Below the pieces are notes generated by a model, which was given only the letters and a program-made list of their open reading frames with translations, searched no databases and was not told the DNA's origin. Below are positions 8,480 to 19,700 of a DNA stretch of 64,000 nucleotides, piece by piece (position 1 is the first letter of the stretch; each line of letters starts with the position of its first letter). Where the stretch lies: contig VMFR01000006.1 in NCBI GenBank assembly GCA_007376135.1, positions 3,273 through 67,272 of the forward strand, given 5' to 3'. The stretch is from Parcubacteria group bacterium Gr01-1014_31. GTDB lineage: Bacteria; Patescibacteriota; Patescibacteriia; Buchananbacterales; GWA2-38-13. Both the position numbers and the translations under genes were made by a program.

Positions 8480-9730
8480 TTACCGGCGCAAGCGCAACGT
8501 CCGCAACAATTTATCAAACGCCCGCGGCAATTGTTGCAGGCCGCCGCTCAACATTCCGCCCTTGGCCTGGCCGCGGTGTGAGATCATCTGATTGCCCCAC
8601 AACACCAGTCCGATGGCGGTCGTGAACGTTACATCATTGGCTTTATCAACCGTCGAGGTCACGCCGACGGGATACCCGAGCGCGGCCGGCAGCCGCAGTT
8701 TCCTTTTTGCAACTTCAGTGACGCCGGAAAGTTTGCTGCCGCCTCCCGTCAACAATACGCCTGCGGGCAGCATACCAGAGCGTCCTACCTTTTTCAATTC
8801 AGCGTCCACCTTGTCAAAAATTTCCTCCACACGTGCTTCAATGATCTCGCCGACGTACCGCTTGGACACCGGCGCGTTGCCGCCGCCCGCCACCGACAGG
8901 TCGATCTCCTCGCGCTTGCTGACCTCCTTGGGCAGCGCGGTACCGTATTCCAGCTTTATTTTTTCCGCCGCATCAATGGAAATGCGCAAGCCGATGGCAA
9001 TGTCCGACGTCACATGCTCGGAACCCACCGGCAGGATGGCCGTATGGAGAATATCTCCCTCTTCGTAGACCGCCAGACTGGTCGTGGAGCCCCCGATGTT
9101 AATGACCGCCGCGCCAAGCTGTTTGCTGCGGGGCGTCAGCACCGCTTCGGCCGTCGCCAACACCGCCAGCACCAGGTCATCCACGTCCAGCCCCGCCCGG
9201 AAGATGGCCTTGGTCAGGTTCTTGATCTGCGCGCTCAGCCCCTGGATAATTTGCGTATCCACTTCAAGCCGCACGCCGGTCATGCCGATCGGATCGCGGA
9301 TGCCGGACTGGCCGTCCACGGTAAAACTCTTGGGAATGACGTGGAGGATCTCGTAGTTGGGCGGGGTCGCCACGGTACGCGCCGCTTCAATGGCCCGCTC
9401 CACGTCGGCCTCGGATATCTCGCCATTGGGTTTGGCCACCGCGACCACGCCACGGCTTTCCTGGGACGCGATATGACTGCCGGAAATTCCGACCCAGACG
9501 TGCTCAATATCCACCCCGGCAATGCGTTCGGCCTTCTCCAGACACGAAGAAATGGAAGAAACGGCATCATCAATGCTGGTAATGACGCCGCGGCTGATGC
9601 CAGCCGAAGGCACCTCGGCCACGCCGACGATGTGAGGCGGCTGGTCCGGCTGGATCGAGCGCTGGCCAACCGCGATCCGCACCGCGCTTGACCCGATGTC
9701 TAAACCTGCCAGGGTAGACGGTTCTGGCAT
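8480..9730 (-). CDS. ftsA: cell division protein FtsA
   Basis: Actin-like ATPase: LDIGSSAVRIAVG, INIGGSTTSLAVY, LTGGGSKLSGV. Located directly upstream of ftsZ, with a GGAGGG SD. Confidence 0.9.
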   Translation of the reverse strand: MPEPSTLAGLDIGSSAVRIAVGQRSIQPDQPPHIVGVAEVPSAGISRGVITSIDDAVSSISSCLEKAERIAGVDIEHVWVGISGSHIASQESRGVVAVAKPNGEISEADVERAIEAARTVATPPNYEILHVIPKSFTVDGQSGIRDPIGMTGVRLEVDTQIIQGLSAQIKNLTKAIFRAGLDVDDLVLAVLATAEAVLTPRSKQLGAAVINIGGSTTSLAVYEEGDILHTAILPVGSEHVTSDIAIGLRISIDAAEKIKLEYGTALPKEVSKREEIDLSVAGGGNAPVSKRYVGEIIEARVEEIFDKVDAELKKVGRSGMLPAGVLLTGGGSKLSGVTEVAKRKLRLPAALGYPVGVTSTVDKANDVTFTTAIGLVLWGNQMISHRGQAKGGMLSGGLQQLPRAFDKLLRTLRLRR

Positions 9731-9843
9731 AGAATCCCTCCTACAACGGTCAAAAACTTAACTGAACACCTTAATTATCCACACGCCGAAGGTCAATTTC
9801 TCGCGCCAACCGGCGCTTCGGCTTGGATTTATCATAGCACAAA

Positions 9844-10212
9844 TCATGGAGCGGCCACAAGGTAGGGCCAGACCACCAGCAGGATAACCAAGGCTGCCGC
9901 ACTGGCGGTGATCAAAACCGCCCCCGCCATCATGTTTTTCACCGCTGCGGCATAATGGTGGACGCGCGGCTGCGCCATGTCCACCAAACGTTCTGCGGCC
10001 GAATTCACCAGCTCCATCGCGGGGACGGCGGCCGCGGCCGCGATCACGATCGCCAGCTCCAGCGAATCTACGCCCAGCCAGATCGACCCGGCGACCGCAA
10101 CCACCCCGGCGATGACCTGGAACCGGAAATTCTGCTCCTCCCGCAGTGCGGTCATGACCGCGGCGCTGGCGCGCCGGAGGCTCATGACGAATTTCTCAAA
10201 ACTGAACGGCAT
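9844..10212 (-). CDS. dgkA: diacylglycerol / undecaprenol kinase (DgkA family)
   Basis: 122 aa with 3 TM helices. Motifs REEQNFRFQ, ELVNSAAERLVD and KNMMAGAVL match the prokaryotic DAG kinase family. Canonical position next to ybeY. Confidence 0.75.
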   Translation of the reverse strand: MPFSFEKFVMSLRRASAAVMTALREEQNFRFQVIAGVVAVAGSIWLGVDSLELAIVIAAAAAVPAMELVNSAAERLVDMAQPRVHHYAAAVKNMMAGAVLITASAAALVILLVVWPYLVAAP

Positions 10213-10224
10213 AGCCCAATGAAG

Positions 10225-10668
10225 TTAACGGGAGCGGGAAAGCGCCCGGACGGCGACGGATGCCTCGAACGCGCTCATCTTGGCCGCCGCGATCTTTGTG
10301 TCATGGTCGAATCCGGCCAAATGCGCCAGCCCGTGGATGAGCAGCTCGATCACCTCGCGACGCGCGCTGTGCCCGTACGTTTTCGCTTGACGCACCGCAA
10401 TGGGATAACAGATCACCACTTCACCCAATATCCGTTCGACCGGCCTGGGCCACGACGCGTCGTCGCGGGATGGGAAACTCAATACGTCGGTCGGCCCATT
10501 CACCCCGCGGGCGGCGCGGTTCAACCGACGTGAAATCACGCGATCCACCAGCGCAACGGTGACCGCCTTTCCTCTCGCCCGCGGCCAGCGGCTGCGGAAT
10601 GCTCCCACCACGCGCGTGACCAGCGCTTTGGATATCGGCGCGCCAACCGGATTGGATAGCCTCACCAT
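10225..10668 (-). CDS. ybeY: rRNA maturation RNase YbeY
   Basis: Zn-binding motif HGLAHLAGFDHD. The track ORF extends to 10746 (alternative upstream start). The start is set at MVRLSNP. Confidence 0.8.
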   Translation of the reverse strand: MVRLSNPVGAPISKALVTRVVGAFRSRWPRARGKAVTVALVDRVISRRLNRAARGVNGPTDVLSFPSRDDASWPRPVERILGEVVICYPIAVRQAKTYGHSARREVIELLIHGLAHLAGFDHDTKIAAAKMSAFEASVAVRALSRSR

Positions 10669-10672
10669 GACC

Positions 10673-11608
10673 CTACGGTCCCCACCGGAATGTCCCAATA
10701 ATCGCCTCAAAAGTGGCGGAAAAACTCGGCGAACTCCCCGTCGCATAGGTGACGGCTACCACCGCCGACTTGTCCGGGGTCACGAAGTAGTACCGCGGTA
10801 TGGCGTCGGCCGTACGCGCGCCCGCCACGCCGTTCGCGCTGAATTCCAACACCTGTGGATTTCCCCAACGCTGCAGCAGCGTGGACAGACGGCTCATCGG
10901 ATGACGCTCGGCGACCATGGTTTCCCCGGTCTTCGTATCCAAGCGTACGGTCGCCACTCCGCCTTCGGTGGACTCCTGCGCCAGCCAAGCGGTCGGAAAG
11001 GCCCAACGGAAGCCCCCGCTGGTTGCGACAGCCGTGAACAGGCCATCGGCGACCAGTGTCCGCCCGGACGGATCGCGCGGACTATACCCCTTGCGGATCT
11101 CGTCACCGTCGCTGTAGCTGTCACCATCGGAATCGCTGACGGTCGGCTGTGTCGTGTACAGGCGCTCTTCATCCAGGCTCAAACCGTCGTTATCCTCGTC
11201 GCTCGCACCGCTGGGACCCGACGGCGTCGGAGACGGGCTGGGCGTCTCCGTGGGCTGAACGGTCGGCGCAATGGTCGGCTCCGCGGTCGGCGCTACGGTC
11301 GGTTCCGCTATCGGCGGCACCGTCGCTTCCGGCGTCGGGGTGAGCGCGGGACTGCTGTCCGGCAGGGGCGCTTCCTGCTCGACAGGTGCGGGGCCGAATT
11401 TCCAAATTGCCAGCGCCACTGCCGTCAGGAGCCCGACCACAATGACCGCCACGCCCACCAGGAGGAACGTTTTATTAGAGCGCGAACGCGGCGCCAAGTA
11501 GAACCGCTCCGGCATGACGCGGATCTGTTCGACGACGTCTGGCGCGATATTCGCCCCAGCCTGCGCCACCGTTGGCTGAGCATCGCTCTTTTTCTTTTTG
11601 CCAAACAT
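10673..11608 (-). CDS. bitopic membrane protein with Pro/Thr-rich linker and thrombospondin-type-3-like Ca-binding repeats
   Basis: TM helix (FLLVGVAVIVVGLLTAVALAIW), a PT-rich linker, DxDxDG-type repeats (SDSDGDSYSDGDE) and a C-terminal beta domain. Paralogous to the next two genes. Confidence 0.5.
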   Translation of the reverse strand: MFGKKKKSDAQPTVAQAGANIAPDVVEQIRVMPERFYLAPRSRSNKTFLLVGVAVIVVGLLTAVALAIWKFGPAPVEQEAPLPDSSPALTPTPEATVPPIAEPTVAPTAEPTIAPTVQPTETPSPSPTPSGPSGASDEDNDGLSLDEERLYTTQPTVSDSDGDSYSDGDEIRKGYSPRDPSGRTLVADGLFTAVATSGGFRWAFPTAWLAQESTEGGVATVRLDTKTGETMVAERHPMSRLSTLLQRWGNPQVLEFSANGVAGARTADAIPRYYFVTPDKSAVVAVTYATGSSPSFSATFEAIIGTFRWGP

Positions 11609-11785
11609 TTTCTTTCTGATTATTCTTGGTGGTGGTAATACGGATTCAAAGCGTAAAACGCAAAGCGAAAAACAACAACATAAAAATGCAAAAATATCTT
11701 TTTCCCTTCAAGGTCAGGATGCTTGAACCCAACATAACACAGTTGTTTTGCATTTTCCGTTTTGCGGTTTGCGCTGCTCGGCCCA

Positions 11786-12682
11786 TTATGGCTGCGGCGG
11801 CACTTCCTTGATCCGGCCGCCGCCCTTGGGATTGTAGCCATTCAGCACCTCGGCGCCATCCTGGTAGCCATCGCCGTCGGTGTCCGGGTTGGTCGGCTCG
11901 GTACCGAATACCTTGGTCTCATCGCGGTCGGTCAATCCGTCAGCATCGGTGTCGGTCGCGTACTTATTGGTGCCGTACAGCTCTTCCTCGCGGTCGGTTA
12001 ACCCATCATGGTCGGTATCCGTTTCCACTTCGGCCGGCACCGGCTCAGGCGTCGCCGAGATCTCCGGGATCGGCGCGGTCGGTGATGGCTCAGGCGTCGC
12101 CGACGGTATCGGGGTGATATTTTCCGCGGGGGTTTCCTGCGGCTGCGGGGTGCCGCTCGATGGCGTTTGCGATGCCTGCCAGTACGTGTAAGCGACCCAC
12201 GCGCCCGTTCCGAGAGCCGCCAAACCCAACAGGGTTACCAGCCCAATGATGAAGCTGCGGCGAGCCAGCAGGGGCGGCTGTTTGGCAACCGTACTTTGCT
12301 CTTCCTCGGTCGGGAATGAACGCTCGGCCTCTGCCGCGGTGGCCGCGGGGCGCTGCGGTCCCATCCCCTGCCCCGTTGGGATAAACCCCGGGCGCGGCTG
12401 GCGCACCAGCGGCCGCGAACGTTCCACCCCGGAAAAAATATCATCGGCCTGGGCGACCGGCGCGGGTCGAGGAGGCGCGGGCGGCAGCGGCGGGAGCATG
12501 CCATCTTCTCGCGGGGGCCGCACCTCCTCAGGTGCGGCGGGCGCGAACACGTCGGCCCCGGGAAGATTGGGCGGCGGCGCGGCGCGACCGGCCCCCGACG
12601 GCCGCGCGGCAGCCGCTGCCGGATCCACGGCATCAAAAATATCTTCCAATTGTTCGCCGCCAAACCGCTGGCTGTTGGCCAT
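11786..12682 (-). CDS. bitopic membrane protein with TSP3-like repeats
   Basis: Pro-rich cytoplasmic N-terminus, TM (FIIGLVTLLGLAALGTGAWVAY), PT-rich linker and three TSP3-like repeats (TDTDHDGLTDREEE / TDTDADGLTDRDE / PDTDGDGYQDGAEVLNGYNPKG). Confidence 0.5.
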   Translation of the reverse strand: MANSQRFGGEQLEDIFDAVDPAAAAARPSGAGRAAPPPNLPGADVFAPAAPEEVRPPREDGMLPPLPPAPPRPAPVAQADDIFSGVERSRPLVRQPRPGFIPTGQGMGPQRPAATAAEAERSFPTEEEQSTVAKQPPLLARRSFIIGLVTLLGLAALGTGAWVAYTYWQASQTPSSGTPQPQETPAENITPIPSATPEPSPTAPIPEISATPEPVPAEVETDTDHDGLTDREEELYGTNKYATDTDADGLTDRDETKVFGTEPTNPDTDGDGYQDGAEVLNGYNPKGGGRIKEVPPQP

Positions 12683-12845
12683 AGAGCAAAAGGTTACCTG
12701 TCCGTCTCGGACCGATGGATATAAAATACCATACCCGGTAGTACAACGATAGATATAGTAATTTCACGAACCACGCTCATGCTGGTCATTGCTCGGCAGG
12801 TGCACGATGCTGTGGGCATCTGTTGTCCTACCGGGCATACTCTCG

Positions 12846-13730
12846 CTACCGTTGCAGCCGTCCCGGACCCCGGGGGTCGAACCCGCCCTGGACTTCCACC
12901 CCGTCGGAATAACCGTCGCTGTCCGTATCAACTTTTTTAGGGTCGGTCCGATACACGCGCAACTCATCGTAGTCGGATAACCCATCGCTGTCGCTGTCGG
13001 CTGCTTTCGGGTCCGTCCGGTAGGAAGCCTGCTCGGCGTAGTCGGACAAACCGTCACCGTCGGTATCAACGGGCAGGCTCGCGAGGCAACGCTGGGCGGC
13101 TGCCGCGTCGGCGATCTTCCGACAGGCCTGGTAATCAACCTTGGTGGTGGCCTGAACCGTCCAGTACCGCTCCAGGCACCGCGTACGTACGGCCACCTCG
13201 TACTGGTCGCAGTACGAGGGGTCATCCACGCGGTTGTTGATGAGCACCTGCTGCTCGCAGAACACTCGGTCCTCGTCGGTCGGCGCCGATGCACAAGCGG
13301 AAAAATCGCTCCCCCAAGAAAGCACGGCGCTCCGACACCGTTGCTTCCCCTCATCGGTACTGATACTCCCGCAGGGTGCTTCGTCAATGCCGGTCGTCGC
13401 ATACCACTCATAGCAGTTATCGCGGTCTTCCGCATTATCCACTGCCGCACACGCTGCGGGGTCGTTGGCTTTATGCGCCTTACCGCTCTGCACCGTGTTC
13501 CACACGTAGTACCCCACTTTTTGACATTCGGGAACCTTGTCCTTCGCCGCGATGTCGTCGCATCGCGCAACCTCTTCAGCGGTTGGCCCGGGACCGGTCG
13601 CCGCAGGCGATGCGGTCGCCCGAGGACCGGACGATGGCGTTACATTTCGCCCGCGCAGATACCACCATGCCCCGGCGACAACCGCGAAAACCAGCAGCAG
13701 GATGATGGCGAGATTACGAATAGCGCGCAT
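12846..13730 (-). CDS. secreted Cys-rich protein with C-terminal TSP3-like repeats
   Basis: Signal-anchor, a Cys-rich domain of about 170 aa, then DTDGDGLSDYAE / DSDSDGLSDYDE / DTDSDGYSDGVEVQGGFDPRG. The start is 6 nt after the stop of the giant ORF. Confidence 0.5.
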   Translation of the reverse strand: MRAIRNLAIILLLVFAVVAGAWWYLRGRNVTPSSGPRATASPAATGPGPTAEEVARCDDIAAKDKVPECQKVGYYVWNTVQSGKAHKANDPAACAAVDNAEDRDNCYEWYATTGIDEAPCGSISTDEGKQRCRSAVLSWGSDFSACASAPTDEDRVFCEQQVLINNRVDDPSYCDQYEVAVRTRCLERYWTVQATTKVDYQACRKIADAAAAQRCLASLPVDTDGDGLSDYAEQASYRTDPKAADSDSDGLSDYDELRVYRTDPKKVDTDSDGYSDGVEVQGGFDPRGPGRLQR

Positions 13731-13736
13731 AGCGGT

Positions 13737-16700
13737 CTACTGGCAAATGTAACGATCCACGCCGTTCACCCGCTCCAGGCAGGTAATGCGTAAATTGGTG
13801 ATCTCCGACGCATTGCCGTCACGGTCCGAGCGCGTCACGATCTTGAACTTCAGGTAACGGCCCACCAGCTCGCCGGGCGCCGGGAACTGGTTGGAGGTAA
13901 TCAGCGGGCTTTCCCCGATGCGGGCATTGAAATTATCGCGGTCGCGGGTCGTGTTGCGTTCGTCCACCGGTATCCACATATCGGAATCCACAGGCGGGAA
14001 CCCATTCACATCGTCGGATGTGTAGACGTAGATATTGATGTAGCTGCCGCCGCGCTCCACTTTGTCGTAGAGGATCTTGCCCCAGCGGCGGCTCCAGCTG
14101 GTCACGGTGGTGTCAAAGGCGGAAAGCGCATCTGCGTCGCCCGGCGGGAAGGCGACAGCATTCTCGCGCAGCACCAAGGTACGGTTCAGTCCCAGGAAGT
14201 CACTATACATGTAAGGAGCGCCACCGCCGGGATTTCGATTGCTTAAGGGGAAGCACTGGGTCGGCACTCCCAGAGGATTGGCACCGCAGGTCGGCGTGCT
14301 GGGAGGAACGATACGGCACGCGCTGCCGCCGCTTTCCGAGATGGCCCAGATGCAACCCATACTGTCGCCGGACGCTCCATATGCGGCGCGATTACCCGCC
14401 GGCAACGGATGATCCTTAACCAGCACGCCGTCAGTGGTGAGTTCTCGTACATGGGGGCCGCCCGGCTGGGCGAGAAGCATGTTGCCCTTTGTGGTGATAC
14501 CGACGCCGCGAGTGGCACCGTTGCTGAACCGGTCATACGACAGATCGGCATTCACTCGATCGACGCCGCCGCCGCCATCAAAACTGCCTACCCAGGCGCG
14601 TCCGTCCAGATCCACGGCGATACCATATATCCCCCCTCGAGGTACCAAGTTGCAGCTAATATCGGTACCGCACACTAAACCGGCTCTGCCGGCATTGCCT
14701 GGATCCAGTAGCCCGCCGATCTTGCGGATGACATTCTGCGAACGGCCGGAAATCCATATATTGTCCTGCTGGTCCACTGCCAGCCCGTAGGTCCACAGTC
14801 TGCCTTCGGTTGACCGCTCCGGCGTACACTCGTCATTCGAATTGTCGAGCCGGAACAACCGCCCGGGGTCATCAAATTCACCAACCCAGGCGAACCCCTC
14901 GCTGTCGATGGCAACACCCTTCCCATTGGCGCCATTGCCCTTCACGCCCTTGCATATCTTCACTACGCCCAATCCTTCGTCGAGCATGGTGACTTTTTCC
15001 GTACCGCGATCAACGATCCAGGCTTGACCAGCCTCGACGTTCACCGCCGTGCGCGACGGATTACCGATCTCGGACCCACAGTCACGGGCGGTACCCGCCG
15101 GGCAGGTGGTGTTACACCCATCACCGACCGTGGTATTTCCGTCAAAACACGGGAAACCTTCTCCTTCATAGACGTTCGTTGTCGCCGGGTTGTCAGGAAT
15201 AGTCTTATTCGTATTTGCAGTTGCAGTCACCGTCACGCAGCCTGCCGGCCCGCAGAGCTGAGTATCGCCGGCGGAATTCATGCGCGGAAAATCCAGTACA
15301 CAGTAAGCCTTTTCGCACTGCCCACTCCCATCACTGCAGGTATCACCTACGGACATGAAATCCGCATTGCAGTTCCCACCGCCATCATTGCAGCGGTAGA
15401 CATTACCGCCGCTGTCACAGATGCGATATTCGTGCACGACCGTTCCAATGGGGTACACATCGGCGGTCCCAGGCTTCATAACCCCATCGACAGCCACCAT
15501 TTGTGTGATGCGATTAGCGCCGCTCTGCGCCGCCCAGAGGTACGGCGTATGGACGATGGTCGGCGGCACGGTCAGCACGTCCACCTTGATGGGCATGCAG
15601 GTGCGCAACGTCTCGATCTGACAACGCAAGTTGTTGCAGGACGCGCAGAAGTTGTCCACCATGTACAGGGTCAAGCTCTCGGAAACCGGCCCAAGGCACT
15701 GGTTACGGATGGCCGAAACTCGCGCGGAAATGATGGCATCCGTCAGGATCTCCGACCGGAACTCAAGCTCATCCAGCCAGACCTGCGAGGTGTGCAGCCC
15801 CAGCACCCACAGCCACCAGCTGATATCCAGGTTGGGCGGCGGGGATACGGAACCGGCGGGTAACGAGATGTTGCGCGGCAAGCCGTCCAGGAACAGGCGG
15901 ATATTGTCGAAGGTGAAGGTGCCGCCGCCGGCATCGGTCGCCCGCCAGGTCACCGCGACATGGTGCCAGGTGTTGGGTTGCCACGCGGTCCCCAGTTCGA
16001 TGACCGCGCCGGAAATATCAGCCAGAGTCAGCTCGTCCACCCGGTCCTTGACGTTCACCCACATCGTCACCGAACGGTCCCCCGGTCCATAGACATTATT
16101 CGCTCCTGCCGGCATATCGTAGACCAAGGCGTCCCCGGGGTTGAACACCAGCGACGAGCCGAGCTTCACGGGGTTGCCGGCCGCATCCTGACTGCCGTCC
16201 GTCAACCCGTCGGCAAGACTGGAAACGGTCGCGCCCGCCATCGGACGGACGACGCTGCCGTCGCCACGCCGCGCGTCCAACGCCCCCGGCAGCACGCCGT
16301 CGAAGTGCGCAAGGAACAGGTCGGAAGCGACCCGCTGCAAGGGGTAGATCTGCCGGTAGGTCGCGCTGGAGCCGGTCGTGTACGGCTTGTCGCAGTTGGA
16401 GCCGACGTTGAAATTGTTGCTGTCACACTCCTCACACGTCTGCACGCCGCGCACCGGGTCGAAACACTGGTTGACGATGTCCTCGGTGTCGAACCCCAGG
16501 GTGATGCTGGAACGGCCATCGCCGATCCGCGTCAAACAAGTGTGTGAGCCGCCGGGGAACGGGTTGGGGCAGTCCCGCGGACCCAATGCCGCATCCGGCC
16601 TGGCCTCGGTGCAGGGGCCGGCGTCGCATGTACCCGCATACATCGCGGTCCACCCCGAAGCAAAGATCGGCGAACGTCCGGAGGCGGCCGTGAATCGGAT

Positions 16701-19700
16701 CTCCACCGCATCCAGGTTGTTGCCGTCCGTCGCCGCAGCGGGGTTCCGCCAGGCGACGCTGGTAAAGTAGCCGCCATCGGGATTTAACGTCCCGTCCATG
16801 TTGCTCCAGTAAAAATCGTAGCATTCGCCAGAGCTCGTCCAAGCGTCGCACCGGGCCTGCGCGGCGGCATCCCCGCCGATCGCCAGTTGTCCATCGGCCT
16901 CGCTGACTTGCTGGATGAGCCGAGCATCCGTTGCCGGGAACGTGAACACGGTCGCGTTGGTATCCGCCGAGGTGATCTCATATACTGTGACACTCGCCAC
17001 GTCGGCCAAGCTCGCCAGCGGAGCCGCCTGACGGACGTTTTCCACCTCGCGGTTGCCGCAGGCCTGCGCGTCGCAGTCGTCCGCGATGCCGTCCACATCC
17101 GCGTCGCGCGCGAACGACCGCCACGATACTTCATCGTGCGAGAGGGTCCGGGCGTAGCCTTCTTCGCGGAAAACGCGGTAGTTGGGTGACGGCAGTTCCG
17201 CAATGGTCCGGCCCGGGTACAGGCGTGCGTTCACGTCGTGGCCGGGCTGACGCTTCAACTGCTCCCAGTTGTAACAGGCGTCGCCGTCGGCATCGAGGTC
17301 ACAAGCGTCGCCGCCGCAGAACTGGCAGCTGCCGCCCAGCCGGAATCCAAGCGAATCGTTGCAGCTCGCCACGTCGGAGCTGACCGACACGTACGGCTGC
17401 AGGGTGTCAAAACGGCAAGCATTGGCGTCCTGGTCGTAGTCGGCCTGGTCCGGGTTGTAGGTCGCCGGGCAGTTGTCCGACTTGAAGAAGGAGCCGGGGC
17501 AGCTGGAAACGTTGAACCCGGCGTCGCCGAACCGGTCGTTGTCGCGGTCGGTGCAGCGGTCACAGAGGTCACCGACGTTGTCCTCGTCGTAGTCGGGCTG
17601 CATGCAGACCCCGACCCCGCCGCCGACGGTTGCCCCCGGGACCGCGCCTACCCCGGGCACCGCGCCAGTGAAGACCGGCCGCTCCCGGAACCACAGCTGG
17701 CCATAGTTGGCGGCATTGAGCAGCGGGAATCCCGTACCGGCGTTGATACTCGTGAAATCGTTGAACGTTCCGCTACCGGCCCCACCCCCCGCGCCGCCGT
17801 CATACCAGTTGCCCAGACCCTGCGGACCGGGGTTAAGCACGTCGCCCTGGCTCATCATCGCGACCACCGAAATTTCCGCTTCGTCGCCCTCGGCGGTCGG
17901 GTCCGACAGGTCGTTGCCGATGCCGGGAACGTCCGCCTTCTTGACGCAGTAGTCCCCAGCACGTTCGCTGTCCCGCGGTCCCAACACGATGCCGCGCACC
18001 GGGTCCACCATCTCGTTGATGGTCACGGTGAAACGCCGGGCGCCGCCGGCCGCGGTTCCGGTCGCCTCGCGGTCGCAGACCACCAGATCCTGCAGGTAGC
18101 CGTGGAGCGCCGGGTCGGGTGACCCCTCCAATTGGACGGTTGCCGTGATGGGACCAACGCCGGGGTCGTAGGTGAACAGCAGCCGCGCATCATCAGCTCC
18201 GGTATTGGCTGCCATTCCGAACTCCGCCGTCGTCGCTCCCGTGACCCGCGCGTAATCGTTGAAATTCCAGACGCCGCAGCCGGGAGCCGGCCAGCAGCCA
18301 GCCGACAACGGCGGAATTTCGTACCGCCGATTCGTACTCGACTCGCCGACCGTCAACAGGCCACCGGTCACCGAAAACTCGCGGTCTAGTGCATTCAAGG
18401 CCGCCTCGCTCTCCGGCGTCCCGTTGTCAATCGCCCACCCGATGATAGTAACTCCTGCACTACTAAACGTGATACTGCCACGCACGAACGCGGAGTTAGT
18501 GGAGTCCGGCAGGTCGTGCCAATTGCGCAGGAGGATGGAGTGAACGTTATTGCGGGTGCTTGCCGCAATCGTCGCGCCGGTCTGGGAATCGCGGTACAAC
18601 AACGGCAGCGCCACACCATCGCTATCGCTGCGGAACCGCTCCACGATGGCGATGAAGTCACCGCTGGCGGAGGTATCCGTGGACGCCTTCAGGGTCGGCC
18701 GATTGCCACATTGGAATGGGCTGGGTACCAGCGACCCGCCACCGCGACTACCGGACTTCACCGCCGCCTCCGGGTCATACTGCGGGCAGTAGGCAGCCTT
18801 CCAGAGCGACAGGTCGGCAAACGTCTTTAAGCCATCGGCAACGCCATTACGCCAGACCGCGTAAATCTCCTGCCCGGCGGCGCCGGGGGTATATGCGCCG
18901 GCCACCGGGAAGCTGTAGGCGTCCGGATGGATGGTCACCATAACGTCGGCGACCGGGATGGTATCAAACGCGCGCGCCTTGTAGTCGTCGGTGCCACCGC
19001 GCCCAGCGTTATGCGGAGCCCCGTCGAACCACCACGTCGCATCCATTCCTTCGTCAGGCGCGGCCGGATTGGGGTCATGGTTGTACCGTGCCGTCCAGCG
19101 TTTCGCATCGCTGTCGTCCATCCGCGCCACCATAGTCCAGCCACCGCCGTCGGTGGTCATATCGCAGTACACCTGCTCGACGCCCGTGCCGTCGCGGTTG
19201 ACGTCGATCTGGTACCAATTGTTGCCATCCGGTGCGACCCCGTCGGACGACGCGCCCGCCCGCAGGATCTCCAGGCAGGAAGCAAAGAACGGCTGCGAAC
19301 CGGCGAGGCCGAAGTCTAACACAAGTTTGGTCGTGCCGTTGCCCAGCGCGGTCGTTATGCTGTTGGGGCTGCCCAGCGCCGCTTCGGCATTCGGCGTGCT
19401 GCCGGCCTCAACCACCGGCGCGCCGGAAATGCGCTGGGCGTAAACCACCGCATTGGTCACCAGATCCAACCGCACGGCGTCCACGTTATGGCCGGGGCCG
19501 GTTGCAGCCGGGTCGCGGTAGGCGTCGATCGCCAGGAACAGCCCGGCCGGGTCGTCTGTGCCCGCGGCATTGCTCCAGTACAGGTCGTAGCACTCCCCTT
19601 CGCTGGTCCACAGGTCGCAGTCCTGCGCGGGGTTGCCGTTCACCCCGAGGCCGGTCGCGGCGGCCTGTTCGCTGGGGATGTCCGTCGTCAGCTCGGCACC

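Noticed and set aside
10559-11638. 359-aa plus-strand ORF
   Set aside because: Antisense to ybeY and the TSP3 protein gene. Arg-rich artefact.
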